This document shows, one piece after another, positions 1 to 13,285 of a DNA stretch of 64,000 nucleotides. This DNA is from Lytechinus pictus (lineage: Eukaryota). The notes under the pieces were generated by a model. That model saw nothing but the letters and a program-made list of their open reading frames with translations. It searched no databases and was not told where the DNA came from. Numbering within the stretch: the stretch's first letter is position 1; every line of letters starts with the position of its first letter. The stretch lies in NCBI RefSeq assembly GCF_037042905.1, contig NC_087260.1, forward strand, positions 11,160,001-11,224,000, in the 5' to 3' direction. The position numbers and the translations under genes are program-made.

Positions 1-315
1 AAGATTTCTCATGGTGGCTCTGAGTATTATCTTGGGAGTGATTAATTATAGAAGTAGTCAGTGACTTTGCGTTGTGAAAGTGAACCACACAACCATGAAA
101 AATTAAGTTTTGAGTTGTGTTTGCATTACTAGTATTTCTGATGTTCAGAGTGGATGCATTTATATTGGTCAGCTCTTGGAGAATGCGATCTTCCTTTGAA
201 GAAGTCATAGGGAGCAATTCAGATGGTTGAGGTAGATCTTCACCAGCGGCATCACCGAATCCAGCGTCAGAGTTAATGCTAGGCATGACAAGGCTCTAAG
301 TTGTGCTAGTTTTCT

Positions 316-576
316 GGACTTGGACCTGGAGGATGAATAGGTGCATGTAGATCTGTGCTTGGCCCTGGCAGACTATCAAGGCTGGGCCTAGGTCGGGGTA
401 GGCTATGGCTAGGCAAAGGCAGGTCACACTCAGATCTAGGCAACTGGACTTGGACTTGGAGGATGAATAGGTGCATGTAGATCTGTGCTTGGCCCTGGCA
501 GGCTATCAAGGCTAGGCCTAGGTCGGGGTAGGCTATGGCTAGGCCCAGGCAGGTCACACTCAGATCTAGGCAACTG
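316..576. repeat. Tandem duplication of about 130 bp (2 copies)
   Basis: ggacttggac[c/t]tggaggatgaataggtgcatgtagatctgtgcttggccctggcag...cagatctaggcaactg occurs twice back to back. It explains the duplicated SECDLP...HAPIHPP peptide in the ORF track. Confidence 0.9.
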
Positions 577-639
577 AAAAGCCATCATGGGCTCTTGATT
601 TGGTACTGAGGTTGATTTTTCATGTCGAAACAACTTTGG

Positions 640-1620
640 CGGTTAGAACATCACTCATTTGCTTCATCTTTGCATCATTGGTAGTTCTGTAGTGTTTGAT
701 ACTTTGTTCACTGTGGTGGCCACTATCACTCATTATGTCTCGACTCGCGAATCCTGCATCATTCAATGGTGAAATGCATGATGCCCGTTTTTTTTGTTGT
801 TGTACACACTGCTACTCCCTGCTGAAGTCAAGATTACCTTCATTTTTTCTCAAAGATTGTTTATTCTGAGGGGGACATTGGAGTACTGATTCCCAGAGGC
901 AGGTGTGCAAGTTCTTTTGGTTTTTGCCAAAACGCATCACATGCTTGATTCAATCTGGAAGTTTTTTTTTTTTTCAAACAAGCAACTATGCTTCTATCAT
1001 ATCTGGGAATCTCATACATAAATCCGTTGGAAGAGCCGTCATCATCATCTTCGCGATTTTTGTTTTTGTTTTGTAATAGTATTTTATTAAAATCATTCAG
1101 TTCAAAATCATACAAGTAATAGTACATCATCAAAAACACTGTTCACAAAGTCAAATAACTTTTCATAATACAAAAAATTATACAAAAAAATACAGAATAT
1201 AACATTCAAATCATCTAGAACAAGGTAATACTTAGTCTGAAGAAAAACAAAATACAGATACAAAAATGAATTTACAGCAACGCAATGGAATCAAATAAAA
1301 CTGAATGAGTATTAAAGTTCTTTCTTAGATTGTTCTTTGTTAGCCGATAGCGTCTGGTCACATGTTTCATACCGTGCTCATCCCGACTTGCAATGAAATC
1401 ATTAGGCTTCATGTCATGCAAATTTTCATGGCCCTGATTACAAAAGTAGATCGTGATGTCTATGAACACTTTCTTCTGCAGGCCCAACGGTGTACAGTAC
1501 TTGTGTCCAATTCCTCTGAATTCTTGCCATGTCCTCTGCAGAAATGGTCTTCTTTTTCTTCACCATCCCCTTCCCTACATTCTTAAGTCTCAACAACATA
1601 GCTTTGAACTCTTGAAGGCT
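640..1620 (-). pseudogene. Decayed Crypton-like tyrosine recombinase (DUF3504 / ZMYM-KCTD1-related), frameshifted and interrupted
   Basis: Minus-strand pieces in order: LKNVGKGMVKKKKTISAEDM, GLQKKVFIDITIYFCNQGHENLHDMK, LTKNN/REDDDDGSSNGFMYEIP, SRLNQACDAFWQKPK, RASCISPLNDAGFASRDIMSDSGHHSEQSIKHY. This matches my recollection of the Crypton/DUF3504 motif order, ending in SGH..S..Y. Confidence 0.75.
1059..1327 (-). mobile_element. Short retroposon 3' tail inserted in the Crypton-like ORF
   Basis: AT-rich insert with minus-strand AATAAA followed by a (CAAAAA)n tail, flanked by GATT at 1055-1058 and 1328-1331. Removing it restores the reading LTKNNRED. Confidence 0.6.
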
Positions 1621-1751
1621 TGAGTGCTCCTATCGAATTCCACATCCCTACATTATGTTCACACCCTTAGATTACCCCAGTTCAAATTTGCCATTCTGTC
1701 TGCAATTATACCCATCATTTTTGTGTGTGTTTCACCTGTTGATTTCTGTAG

Positions 1752-1892
1752 GGTAATGTGGAGCAGTTTACCCAACTAACAAACTGGCATGGATCAGGTG
1801 TGTTGTACTTTGGAGACCATGTGTACAGTGATTTGGTCGAGCCATGTTTGAAGAACGGCTGGAGGACAGGTGGCATTATACCAGAACTCGAT
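1752..1892 (+). CDS. NT5DC3: NT5DC2/3-like 5'-nucleotidase domain protein, internal exon ([28 protein letters not shown]...[12 protein letters not shown])
   Basis: ctgtag acceptor, gtaagt donor, 141 nt, phase 0/0. Contains the HAD motif VLYFGDHxYSDL and GWRTGxIIPEL typical of NT5DC2/3. Upstream exons lie outside the window. Orthology to NT5DC2 versus NT5DC3 is not resolved. Confidence 0.92.
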
Positions 1893-2575
1893 GTAAGTAG
1901 TGGTCTTATCTTGCTTTTTCATGTTGGATTTATAATAATCAGATAATATTGGGTAGCATGGAATGGACTATTATACAAATTTTATGAGTGTGTTGTGGTG
2001 ATCCAGCGCATTCAATGGTATTTGTAATATACGAAAACACAAGGCACTTGTGCCGAGTGCTTTTGGATGTTATTGCAAACACTTGGGATGCCTGCATCGT
2101 CAATAAAAATCATCAGTATAAATTTGTAGTGGAAAGGTCGTTTCAATCCCTCCAATTTTCTATTATGACATCACAGGCGTATCTTGTATGCGTATCAAAG
2201 AAAAAGGGCCAGCACCAATTGCATCGCAATTTGTTCCACATTTTTAAAGACTGCTACACAAACATTTTTTTGTGTAGTAGATTTTTTTACATAGGACTGT
2301 ACGGAATGTAGTTGAGAGCTTTTCACTTATGATAAAAAAAAATGCTTATCAAATTTGGTGAGCAAAGTTATTCCCTTTAAATCTAGATCTCTCAAGATGT
2401 GTGATCGGTTTAAGGTTTGGGATAACACATTTGTTACAGAATATTGTGAGGATTGTGATCAGGGTAAGTTTAGGTTTAGTGTTAGCTTTGGTGTTAGGTT
2501 TGGTGTTAGGTTGAGTGATATTTATGTACATGTAGGTCTTAAGTTTGGTTTGATGTGATAATTCTCTATTGGAGT

Positions 2576-3031
2576 AATAGACCAGTTCGTAGTTACTTCA
2601 TGGACAATTTTGGTCAAATGACCTTTCATTTTTTTCATTATGATAAGCAGATTTCCAAGCAAAATATTATGTAAGCTTGCCTTACATAGCAGGATGAAGA
2701 AATTGAATAGACCAGGTGACTAGAATAGCATACCAATGAACACTTTATGAAGGTATTTGTTGCATTCTTACTTTGTATGCATATCATAGCATGTTGCACA
2801 ATGTACTTGGCAAACTGTGAAATACCAGTCGTTCGTGGACTCATTGTTGTTTTTTGTGGATGTAAATGAAAACCACAATTCAAAAGAATGTATGAATAAT
2901 CAAGATATCAAAGTTGGTGCTTATCTCATTAGATTTTAAACCACCATGTCACTTTAGTACAAAGGACCTTCCTCTGATCATGCGTAGAATCTTTTGATCA
3001 TGCGCAGAGTGGAACTACGAACTGGCTTATT
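2576..3031. mobile_element. Non-autonomous TIR element (family A, copy 1)
   Basis: Termini aatagaccagttcgtagtt / aactacgaactggcttatt. Internal similarity to 7177-7613 (caaatgacctt, tagaccaggtgactagaat). Confidence 0.7.
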
Positions 3032-3858
3032 GCTGATGAAGAAGATGTCATGGAATGGTCTTGTGTGAAGTATTTTGGTATACTTTTATGTGATTGGCTG
3101 AAAAGAAATTTATCACTGAAAATGATGCTTTGTGAAATGCTCTCAACTACCTTTGAATTCGGGTTTGGTGTTGAAAACTGATGTTGAAAAGTGGTGTTTA
3201 AAATTGGTGTAAGCGGTTTGACCTGAAAGAATGTTGGTGCTGAATTTGACATTGATAGGTGCTAAAGCTATCAGTGGTGTAATAGGGATTGCTTTAAAGC
3301 TGAATTAAGTGTTGGAGCAAGCTAGAGCACTTACTAGCACTTACACAAAAAAGGCAACCCCAACTTTTAAATCTCCAATCAGCACACTTTTGTCACATCA
3401 CTTTTTATAAGCCCTTTTTAAGTAAGATTTTCATGGGCAGATGTCCAAGGGGGGGGGTATATTAAATATATTTCCCATAAATTTTGAATTGTGTGTTTTG
3501 TACAGCTTACTATTGGAAAGGGGTCATTTCATCTGCCTTTGACTACAAATGATTAGATATCACTGTGCCTGCTAATGGTAAACCAGTGACTCGACTTGAA
3601 CAAAATTTCATGCAATAGCTCCCTCTTGTGTTGGACATCAATTATGCCTTTGTGTTTTGGGTTGTTAGTCTCATACTGCAGACTTTTTTTCATATTTCGT
3701 GCTGACTTTTTTTTATAGGTCTTTGTTGCATTGCCTGTTTGGGTAATTGTCTCCAATTGTACCATAAATCATTTTTGAACAATGCCAGGATAGGTGATAT
3801 ACATGCATCATGCACTATATCATGACTATATGACAATATCTATCCTTAGAATTTTTAA

Positions 3859-4321
3859 AAGGGAAATTTATCCTAATCGAAGTTCATTTTAATAGAAGAA
3901 AAATTATTTTCAAAAATATTGGTGAAGGTTTGATGAAAATCCATCAAGGAATAACGGCTATTGAAAGAATTATTACCATTTTTGATTTGTGACGTCGCAA
4001 ATGAGAAGCATATCCATGTCATGTGATATCAATAAAGAAAAATGCAATTTTCTCAAAGTATTGACTGATTTTATTTATGCTGTGGATATATCATGAGATG
4101 CATCATTTCCAACTTCCATAGTATAAGAAAAGGAATTTTACTCATCATGTTCGATTGAAAATAATTATGGAATATACATGCATATTCCATGATATATGGG
4201 GAACCTGCTCATGGATAATCTCTTATTTTTGTAATAGATTTTCATCGGACTTTTACCATTATTTTTTTTTTTTTCCTGTCTTTTTTTTTAAACCTGCAAA
4301 TCGCCAGGGTGAACTTCCCAT
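3859..4321. mobile_element. Degenerate TTAA-flanked MITE (family C)
   Basis: Similar to 25650-26146 (aatattggtgaaggtttga, gatttgtgacgtc, cagggtgaacttccc). Confidence 0.65.
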
Positions 4322-5099
4322 TTAATCAAACTATAATGTCAATATTATTGTCACATTATCCAGCCCTACATCCTTTTGCTATTAACAGGGCAACATGAAT
4401 GTTTGACCTAGTTTCCGTAGTTTGATAATTAACTCATATCATGTGATACCCGTCAAATTAATGGACTGATAAATGACACTGAAAGTGAGAAAATACCAGC
4501 AACAGCTGACAATACCAGGTCTTCTTGCCATGAATTTGGCAGATCCTGATCTTTAATATTATGATGTTTGTGGTATGTGGATTTCGCTGTACTTTTTTAA
4601 TACTCTTATATAGAGAAAAGGTTTAAATACCTCGGGTGGATATCATCATTGATGTGCGTTAGTTTTATTCTTTGAATAAATTGTAGTTGCCAAATATTAC
4701 AGTAAATTCATTTATTTATTAAATGTATTCAATTAATTGATTTTTTTTAGATTTTTATTATTTCATCTGCTCATGTTCCCCCCTCACTATATCCAAAGCA
4801 TAACAAAAAGGTTTATAAAATTAGATCCAATAAGAACATAATAAGCCTACCAGAATGATGTCATTAATTTATACTGAAGTAGATTTTTAAAATCTGTCCT
4901 GACTTGTTTTCTTGTCCAATTTTCATCAAACTTTCACCATTTACCTAGAGCCTCCATTTCAATATTTTCCAAATGAAAAACTGGTACCTTTCAATATTTC
5001 TGTTTTCCTTGATTTTTCCATATGCTATCATGCAAAGGAAAAGGCCAGTATGACACAACACTTACGACACTATTGGGAAAAAAACAATGCCAAAGTTAA

Positions 5100-5688
5100 A
5101 GGAGAATGAAACTCTTGGAGCAAGTTAGCTTTTGTGAAAGCAGAAAAATCAAAGAATAAGATCAACAAAAGTTTGAGTAAAATAGGACTAGCAATAGAAG
5201 AGTTATGAGCATTTGAATATCGAGATCACTAATGCTATGGAGATCCTCCTATTGGCAATGCGACCAAGATCATGATGTCACAGATGAACAACTCTCCCCT
5301 TTTGGACACTGAAAATATACCCCAAAATATCTCTTTTTGCTCATTCTAATCATATGACAAACGATTCATCAATGATATAATGTTGTGAAACCTCTGTACT
5401 TGTCCTCTCATAAAGAGAACACCTCACCTTGTGATAGACTCTATAAAAGTGAGAATATAAATATAAGTGAAATAAGTACTAAAGTAATGAGGGAGTTGTA
5501 CATGTGTGACATCACAGATCTTGGTCGCATTGCCAATAGGAGGATCTACATGGCATTAGTGATCTCAATATTCAAGTGCTCATAACTTTCTTATTATTCA
5601 TTCAATCTTCCTCAAACTTTCAACAATATGTTTCTTTGATTTTTCTCTTTTATATGGATTCAGCTGGTTTCAAGGGTTTCATTCTCCT
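5100..5688. mobile_element. TTAA-flanked MITE (family B, Kolobok/piggyBac-type target site)
   Basis: ttaa|aggagaatgaaac ... gtttcattctcct|ttaa, with long internal inverted repeats. Near-identical inverted copy at 52463-53046. Confidence 0.9.
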
Positions 5689-7176
5689 TTAAACACTGTA
5701 TCACGAAATGTAATAAAAAGATAAAACAATATTTTTCAATATTGGTATGACACTGGCGGAGGGGTCTACAGAGGTTTGGCTTGGTGATTAAATGATATCA
5801 TTTGGTCAAAGAACTTTTATAATTTTGAAACATTTATTTTGCAATTTGATATCAATTTTGTAAGGATAGATTTTTTAAGGCTAGATTTCCTAATTTCTGT
5901 GTTGAATTTCCAATTTCTGTGAGGAATGGAGGCCTTACTTTGGTTGTTTCTAAGTTTTTTCTCTGCTTATGTTAGAAATTTTGAGGCTTCATTTACAGCA
6001 GTTTAAATTGACTCTTTTTCTTAAGGTGTGATAATGACCAGCAAGAATATTTTATAGTTGAGTATTACTATTATGTAATGGTATGCTGAGGTGATATTGA
6101 GGAAGCCATGAAATTTTGTAGATCCTGTCGTATTTTTTTATCATGTTTCTTATCCGTGGGTGTACTCTAATCTACATCTACTGGTAGTAATAACAAAATA
6201 TAGAATAGTTCAGTGGGATGCAAATACATGTACTTGTATTGTTTTTTTCTTTTAATAGAGAAGAGAGGAAATATAATGATTTAAAAAATGTCATAGATCA
6301 TTTTTTTCTTAGTTTTCTGCAATTAGCAGGAAGCATAAAATGTTTTGAGGAAATCTTTTGTTTCGTAATTATTTTATAAACTTTCTGATTACCTTGAATT
6401 TTGTTTTTAAAAAAAAGCTAGAAAAGACCAAGTATCAAGATTTCCAAATGTAATTATTTGATTTCTTTCTTTGTGTTTTGGTAATTTTGCCTCCGACGAA
6501 GATTCTGCTACGATCAAAAGCTTAGGCCCCTTTTGACTCTCTTTTTTTAAAGGGGGCGGGAATTAGGGGTCTGGGATGAAAAATTAATAAAAGAGAAAGA
6601 CGGTGCTTCTGAGATTTTTTTTTTAATAAAAAAAAAATGTTAAGCATATTTCCAAGAAAGTTCAAGTACATGTAAATGATATCGCTAATTATGCTGCTCC
6701 TTGCTCCTTTTTGATAATTTCACCAAGGTGCATAACAACACTTGTTTACGAACCATTTCCAGTTACTTCTATGCCCCCAGTGAAGGGTCCTTCCTGCCTA
6801 CGTAAATTCTTCGTTAGTTTCATATCCGTTCAAGCAGCGAGAAACACATAATTATTTTTGCAGTTGTCATGGTTACGGGTGACATCCCAACAGATATTCC
6901 TTGGTCATACTTAAAGTGCTATTGGAAGGTCATTTACAGTTATTTACTTAATGTTACACATGTAGCTCATATTGTATAAGAGAGGCAATTTTGATATGTT
7001 GATAAAGGCAGATAAATATGAGTTAAACAGGTACATGTATATAAAGTGTGGTTGTTATAACCTTGTATCGAAACATGATTTTGTAAGGAAAGCACATAAA
7101 TATAGAAACAAAACAAACTTACATGTATGGCAATGGAGGCAACCTTGTATTTTCTGAAAGCAGTCTCCTTATTCCT

Positions 7177-7613
7177 AATAAGCCAGTTCACGGTTAGCTC
7201 ATGATCAACTTTTTTCAAATGACCTTTGTGATTTTTCATTAGGATAAGCACTATCATTTTCAAATGTAGATGTTGCGTAAGCTTTACCGGTAGAGTATTC
7301 AAATTCTAAGAACAAAAGGCATTGTATAGACCAGGTGACTAGAATTGTACATCAGGGATAAAGTTTGGAAATCTGTTTTATTGTCTGCGTTTGGCACATT
7401 TGACTATTGTTTAGGCTACTGTCAAATACCAGCGATAATGAAGGCTCTATTTATTACTCTTCAGCTTGGATGTGATAAATATTTTGAGAGGAATACATGA
7501 ATAATCATCAAATCACAAATGCCTATGTCAGTGAATTTGAAAGCCACCTTCATGGTTGTCTCCAATGACCTTTTTCTGCTCGTGCGCAGTTTACAACCGT
7601 GAACAGGCTTATT
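7177..7613. mobile_element. Non-autonomous TIR element (family A, copy 2)
   Basis: Termini aataagccagttcacggtt / aaccgtgaacaggcttatt. Colinear with 2576-3031. Confidence 0.7.
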
Positions 7614-10025
7614 CATCAAACACCCCCTTCTCTTTTTTCTCTATCATCATTTGAATTTCTTAACACAGTATTATAGGCCTACATCATTGACGGTCCATAA
7701 TTTTGTAACCAGTCGAGCTTCACGTGAGACAGAAGATCTCAATGTCCTAACCCACCTGTAGTACATCTGTGTCGTATCTTTTCTTTCTTTCTTTCTTTGT
7801 TGTGGTCAATTGTTCTTGGAGAATGGAAATAAAAAGGAGGGGAAAATTCAGGAAAGTCGGTGTTGTGGCCATCAGATTTCTTGCTCTTCCAATAAATGGA
7901 ATTGTTAATATTCATATTGAATGTCTAGGAGACCTCCTCGCTGATCCCCCCTCCCGAGTAGGCCTATATCAGTGTGGTATTATGTCTTCTAGAGCCTTTG
8001 CTATGATTTAAATAAGTTTATAGGCCTAATTCTTGGTGAAACTTAAGGAAATAAAATGGAGGGGCATCTAGATCTATATAAATTTGGTTTGATGGCCTTC
8101 AGATTTATAGTTGATCTTCTATTAGCTGGCAGCTATTAGGTGACTAGCAATTATTTTTGATTGACTGAAACCACTGGTTAGTGCTCTCACTTGTTTTTTT
8201 AGCGACTGTCCTTTACCAATGACAGCAAGGACAATGACCATTCGACCTCGGTCATTTGTCCTGCAAAGGTTACCACTTTCAAAGGAGATCAATAGACCTA
8301 TTTATTACACATATGTCATTAGGATTATGTGTAAGTGCAGGGATGTAGGAACTCTAAAAAGCGACATTGAATTGATTTCACATTACCTTGAATTCCTGCC
8401 TGGAAGTTTGACACTTATCAGATATTCATCGTGCACATATCCACCTCTGGACACGTTCTGGACTTCAGAGTGTATTTGAGTTTGTTCAAAGAAAAGTGAC
8501 AGTGTATAGATTGTAGGCCTAGGTTTTACCGGTACTCATGTTTGGCATTGGAATGTTAGTTTGATTATTTCCATCATAAAAATAATACATAACAATACTT
8601 GTAAAGAAACACTAGGAATAACACATACATGTACATAATGAAATAAATTCTAGACATTGACGAAAAACATTACATAAACGATTAATGCTCTGAACATGCT
8701 AAAGAATTTAGAAAGTAATTCATATAGAAATTTCATAATGTAAATTTTGTCTCCAAGGTACTGATAAGTAAGATTCTTATGTAGGACATTTATCTTTTTT
8801 TTTAAATAATTGTGATTTTACAATTACATGACAAAATACATATGAACAAGGGAATATTTGATGCTATTTGCTTACTTAATTTAAAGTAATGAAAAACCAT
8901 AAATTGTTATTTTACATCTAAGCTATGCAAAATTCTCATTGTTGTGCTTCAGTTATTGTTTTCTTCTCATTTTCATTTTCATTTTCGGTTCTTCATACAT
9001 GCAAAAAAATCCATATGAACCATGCACAATTTTTTTTTGTTTCTTTTAAATGTTTCTTCTGTTCAATAAGAAAAGAGTGACTTTTCATCATGTTCCTTCT
9101 TCCTTCCTGCTCATAGGCATGCCACATAAATGAAAAAAGGATAAGAATAACATCCTATGTTTTGCCGGAAAGGCACATGATGAAAACTGCTTTATACATT
9201 CTATTGCCCTTGGGTATGAAATATTGTTAATGACATGTTCATGCTTCTTTATAATGTAGTCCTGTTTAACACGAAGTACGTTCCTGGATGAGACCTGCAC
9301 TCTATGAAAATGCATGTGATGCCCTCTACAAAACGGCTTTTGTAGCCAGTTGCAGATCCATGTAGTGGCACCTCTAGCCTGTGCGCACCCCCATCTTTGA
9401 GAGCTATGAAAATTTTTGTTAGTCTTTTTTTTTTTTTTTGGGGGGGGGGGCTTCTTAAAAATGATCTGAACAAAAATGCCCCCCCCCCCTTTGAAAATAC
9501 TGGAACTGTCCCTGGTTGTAGATTGGATAATGTTGACATCGTTGTCATGCTATGCCTTCATGTCCAGGCTTTAATAAATTTTGATATATTTCTTATTAGG
9601 ATAAGGTCACTTTTCTATATTACTGCACAAATGGGAAAAATTGAAAGGGCACAAAAAATATCCAGGGCCAATTAATGAGAGGGATGAGGCCAGTCTATAG
9701 ATAGGTGGTCTTGGGTTAATTTAAAGATGAATACAAGTTGCACTAACGATCTCAAAATGAGTTCGAACAGAATTCATTAAAATTACCATCCAAAAGACCA
9801 AGATGTGTTAAGTTTGAGAAGATTGTTATATGGCATTTCAGACCAAAAAAATTCAGTTAATTTCTTGTAAAGATTGGAAAAGGGGGTATTTAAACAGTTT
9901 TTAAACTAACAAGTATGAAAAACAACAATCATTTTGCCTTTTAGAGTAGACAGTTAAGGAGACCAGCCTCTTTCGGATGGTGACATTAAAAGTCGGTCCC
10001 AGGCGTAAATAATCATATCTGATTG

Positions 10026-10290
10026 TTCTGTTTCTGTTTCTGTTTGTGGTAACTCGCGTAGGAACTCGGCAGGACAGCATTTTTTTTTGCTGGTAAACGC
10101 CAAGCTGGTATATAACCAATTACCTTGGAAACATTTTACGTCTAGGTTAATCAGTCATAGTGGCTGACGTAATAGATGACAGATATCACTCTTGGGCCTT
10201 TTTATCAAAGTGGAGACAATGGCAGAGTTGGGATTCGAACTCACAACCTTGCGATTATGAGTCCAATGCTCTAACCACTGGACCACACGA
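10026..10290 (-). mobile_element. tRNA-derived SINE
   Basis: Minus strand begins TCGTGTGGTCCAGTGGTTAGAGCATTGGACTCATAATC...GAGTTCGAATCCC (A and B boxes) and ends in an (AAACAG)n tail. Second copy at 54341-54605. Confidence 0.85.
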
Positions 10291-12602
10291 TTGATATACA
10301 TGTATATCTATAAAAACTCAATCACACAAACACATACACCTCTATCCATTGTAATGGTAGAAAAGAGAATCTGTCAATAGATTTCAATGAAATGTATTGA
10401 CGTAAGGGGACATATGACAACAATGGTAGCTATCTCAAATACCATTATATTTCTCTGCCCTCCGATTTCGACTTTCCTACTCTTGATTCTCCCAAATAAA
10501 AAAATACAAGCATTTATATGACCAGATTAGATTAGATTAAGATTTAGACTTAGGGGGAGGGGGCTAAGTGATAAAGTAAGGTGATAACCATCACAAAGTT
10601 TATCCTGCCAGGAGAATATAATGACCTGACCAGCAAGTATGATTTTAAATGGTTAAATTTTGTGTGCAAAATGAATATACTTCTTTAATCAGTATGAATC
10701 AGAAAAATAAGCAAGGTTTTGGTTATCATATACAAGTTTTGTTTTTCAAGGTATGATATCATACCAAATCCATGTGTTTCTATTGATGTTTGTGATTTTG
10801 ATGTTTACTGGGTTTCATACGTGTACATTACATTTGGGCAATACATAAAATATGTAATGTCAGTCTGTAATGTTCTCAAAGGACCATGACTTGGTCAGTT
10901 TGTGAAGGTAAGTAAGACTTGAGAAAAATGGGGTCGAACGTACAAAAAGGTTTATCATTTTATGGAATTGCCCATTTATTACAACTATTTTTTTGTTATT
11001 TCCACAACATTTGGGTTGCTTGATTTAAATTGTATTTTTTAAGACCTTTTTATTGAAAATGACACAATGCAAATTCCTTTCAGTTAACTTGCTTAGGACC
11101 GATCCATAGCAAAATTAAGTCCCAATGAAAGAACCTGTTGTTCATTCTCAGTCAACTGATGTTGGCTGAGGTTGACAACAGTTTTGCAAGGATGCAGCTA
11201 GGACTCAGAAAATTTCGCCCCCGATTTACTCAAGAGAGCCCTTGAAACCCAAAAAGGAGCAGTTACAAGGTTATTTTTACCTAATTTTCTTGTTTGTATA
11301 AAGGGGATAAAAGGTATCTCTAACATTTTACCTTGTCCGATGAAACCCCTTCAAGGAAAAACTTGTGTTTTTTTATTGTGAAATCTGACAATGAAATGAA
11401 GACAATTCCATGATCCTTCTTTGGTCTGTTAAACTCTCTGAGCAATGATTTCATGCTCTAATAATTCTTGGAGGATGTTTTATTTGTGACCGACTTTGTT
11501 TAGGAGGAACCCTTTATGTTCTTTGATACCTATGTGATCATGGAAAATACCTGGGATTATCTGTTCTAGAATTTTAGTGAGATCAAAACAAGGTATTTTT
11601 CCAGAGTGAAAGCAAAACACATATTTGTTCCAAATAATATGTACATTTACTATTTTTTTCTGCAAGCTAACTAGTACACTATTAAACATGAGGTTAAAAA
11701 TATTACAAGCTTTCTGCAAGCAAATTTGAGCGAGCAAGTGTGCTTCTCTATTTAGAACGAACTAGCTAGTCGCAAGCTAATTGGCAGATGATTATTATGT
11801 TCCAAACTAGTTTTAAGATTAGCAGCTACATTGCTGGCTGAAAAACACGCTTAAAAAGATTAAGACAAGCTACTGTAGTAACTACCTTGCGACAAGCTAT
11901 TTAAATTTTGAGCATTTTCACAGGGATCTCATGGTTGCTCAGTTTTCTTTGTGTGATTACAAAAGGTTTAGATATAAAGCTTGCTTATCGTTTTAATATA
12001 GCTTAGTAAATTCCCAAATAGATAATTCCTAAAAGTGCATGTCACTCTCCAAATCCATTACTAGTTTATATGACTTTGTATGTGAGGTAAAAAATTAATG
12101 TTTTATTTGCAGGGGCTACTTTTCACAAGTTACTGTCTAAATCTGCAACATTGAACAAGCTTTAATTTTGCAGTGAATGGATATTTTATGCGACTCTTTT
12201 TATTTTCAGGGCTCTTTTGAGTATGTGGGATAAAAGTAATTGCCTCAAGCCCCTATTTAATATTTTTCTCTTGTGTATGCCCTAAAACTGTTGTAATTAT
12301 CCAGATATAAATGTTTATTATTTGATAATTTTATCAATTTAACATCAAAATTTATTTGATTGGGCACCCAGTGAAGATACGTTATCTGCATATTTTGGGT
12401 TTTTAAAATTTCAAACCATTTATAGGGAATAGGTTGAAAAATTTCAATTTAATCTTTTTCTGTATTGATATCCAATTACTAAATGTTTAAGGTAATTGCT
12501 CAAAAGCCATTTTTGAAGAGAAATGAAAACATTGCGAAGAGATGGTACTAATATTTGAATGTTTAAAAAAAAAATTAAATGGCCATTAAACTTTTGTATT
12601 GT

Positions 12603-13285
12603 TAGGAGTCCACTGGGCCCCCGCCAGTTTGCGCTCTTGGTGCGATGAAAATATCAATGTTGAATGTTTTGTCACACTAAATTCAATTTTTGGCACCATT
12701 ACACGTCACCATACGCCAGTTGAGAGACAGTTTAGGAGGCCGTTCTCATTACATTTTCTAAAACTAGTTTACTGGAAACCGGTTCAGGAAACCAGTTTGG
12801 AAGATCGCTTTGCTAGCGTTCCCACTCGATCACACGAAAGCAATTTTCAAAATCACTTCATGTAAAGCGATCTTGTTGCTATGGAAACGCTCTCAGTGGG
12901 TTGACACGTTTCGTGCGAAATTTGAAACCACATTGTAGGCATTCTACACCTGTCGTGTGGAGTAGGGTGCTCAAAATGTGCGAAGATCGCTTCACGAAGA
13001 ATGGTTGTGTCCTCACTTGCGCTAAAACCAGTTTACCGAGGCGAAGCAATCTTGAAAACTACATTGCGAGGTGGTTTTCCAAACTGGTTTGGAAGATCGC
13101 TTCCAAGACCACTTCGTCCGTTCTCACTATGCGTTAAACTAGTTTCCACTAAACTGGTTTCCAGTAAACTAGTTTTTAGAACGTAGTGAGAACAGCCTCC
13201 AAGCCACTGCACGCCACTATAAGCACCTTTTTGGTGACACAAGGTGTCCATGGGCGCAAACTGGCAATGGCCCAGTGGACTCCTA
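12603..13285. mobile_element. Small TIR element (TAG...CTA termini) hosting a nested MITE
   Basis: taggagtccactgggcc / ggcccagtggactccta is a perfect 17-bp inverted pair. Confidence 0.8.
12735..13200. mobile_element. Nested MITE with long TIRs
   Basis: ggaggccgttctcatt...ttctaaaactagtttactggaaacc versus ggtttccagtaaactagtttttagaacgtagtgagaacagcctcc. CpG-richer than the flanks. Confidence 0.8.

Noticed and set aside
306-633. Pro/Ser-rich ORFs with a repeated peptide
   Set aside because: Produced by a 130-bp tandem duplication, possibly the low-complexity tail of the decayed Crypton-like gene. Not an independent gene.
5385-5585. Same 65-aa ORF found twice (5385-5585 + and 52566-52760 -)
   Set aside because: It lies inside two copies of a non-coding MITE and has a non-ATG start. 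The identity reflects the repeat.
6488-6535. ccgacgaagat...atcaaaagc, resembling a Penelope-type hammerhead or terminal motif
   Set aside because: The core is mutated (no CUGA, no GAAA) and no supporting element is recognisable nearby.
10215-10290. tRNA-Met(CAT)-like sequence on the minus strand (also 54530-54605; a Gln-like one at 26540-26608)
   Set aside because: Stems are imperfect and each is followed by a shared body and simple-repeat tail. These are SINE heads, not tRNA genes.
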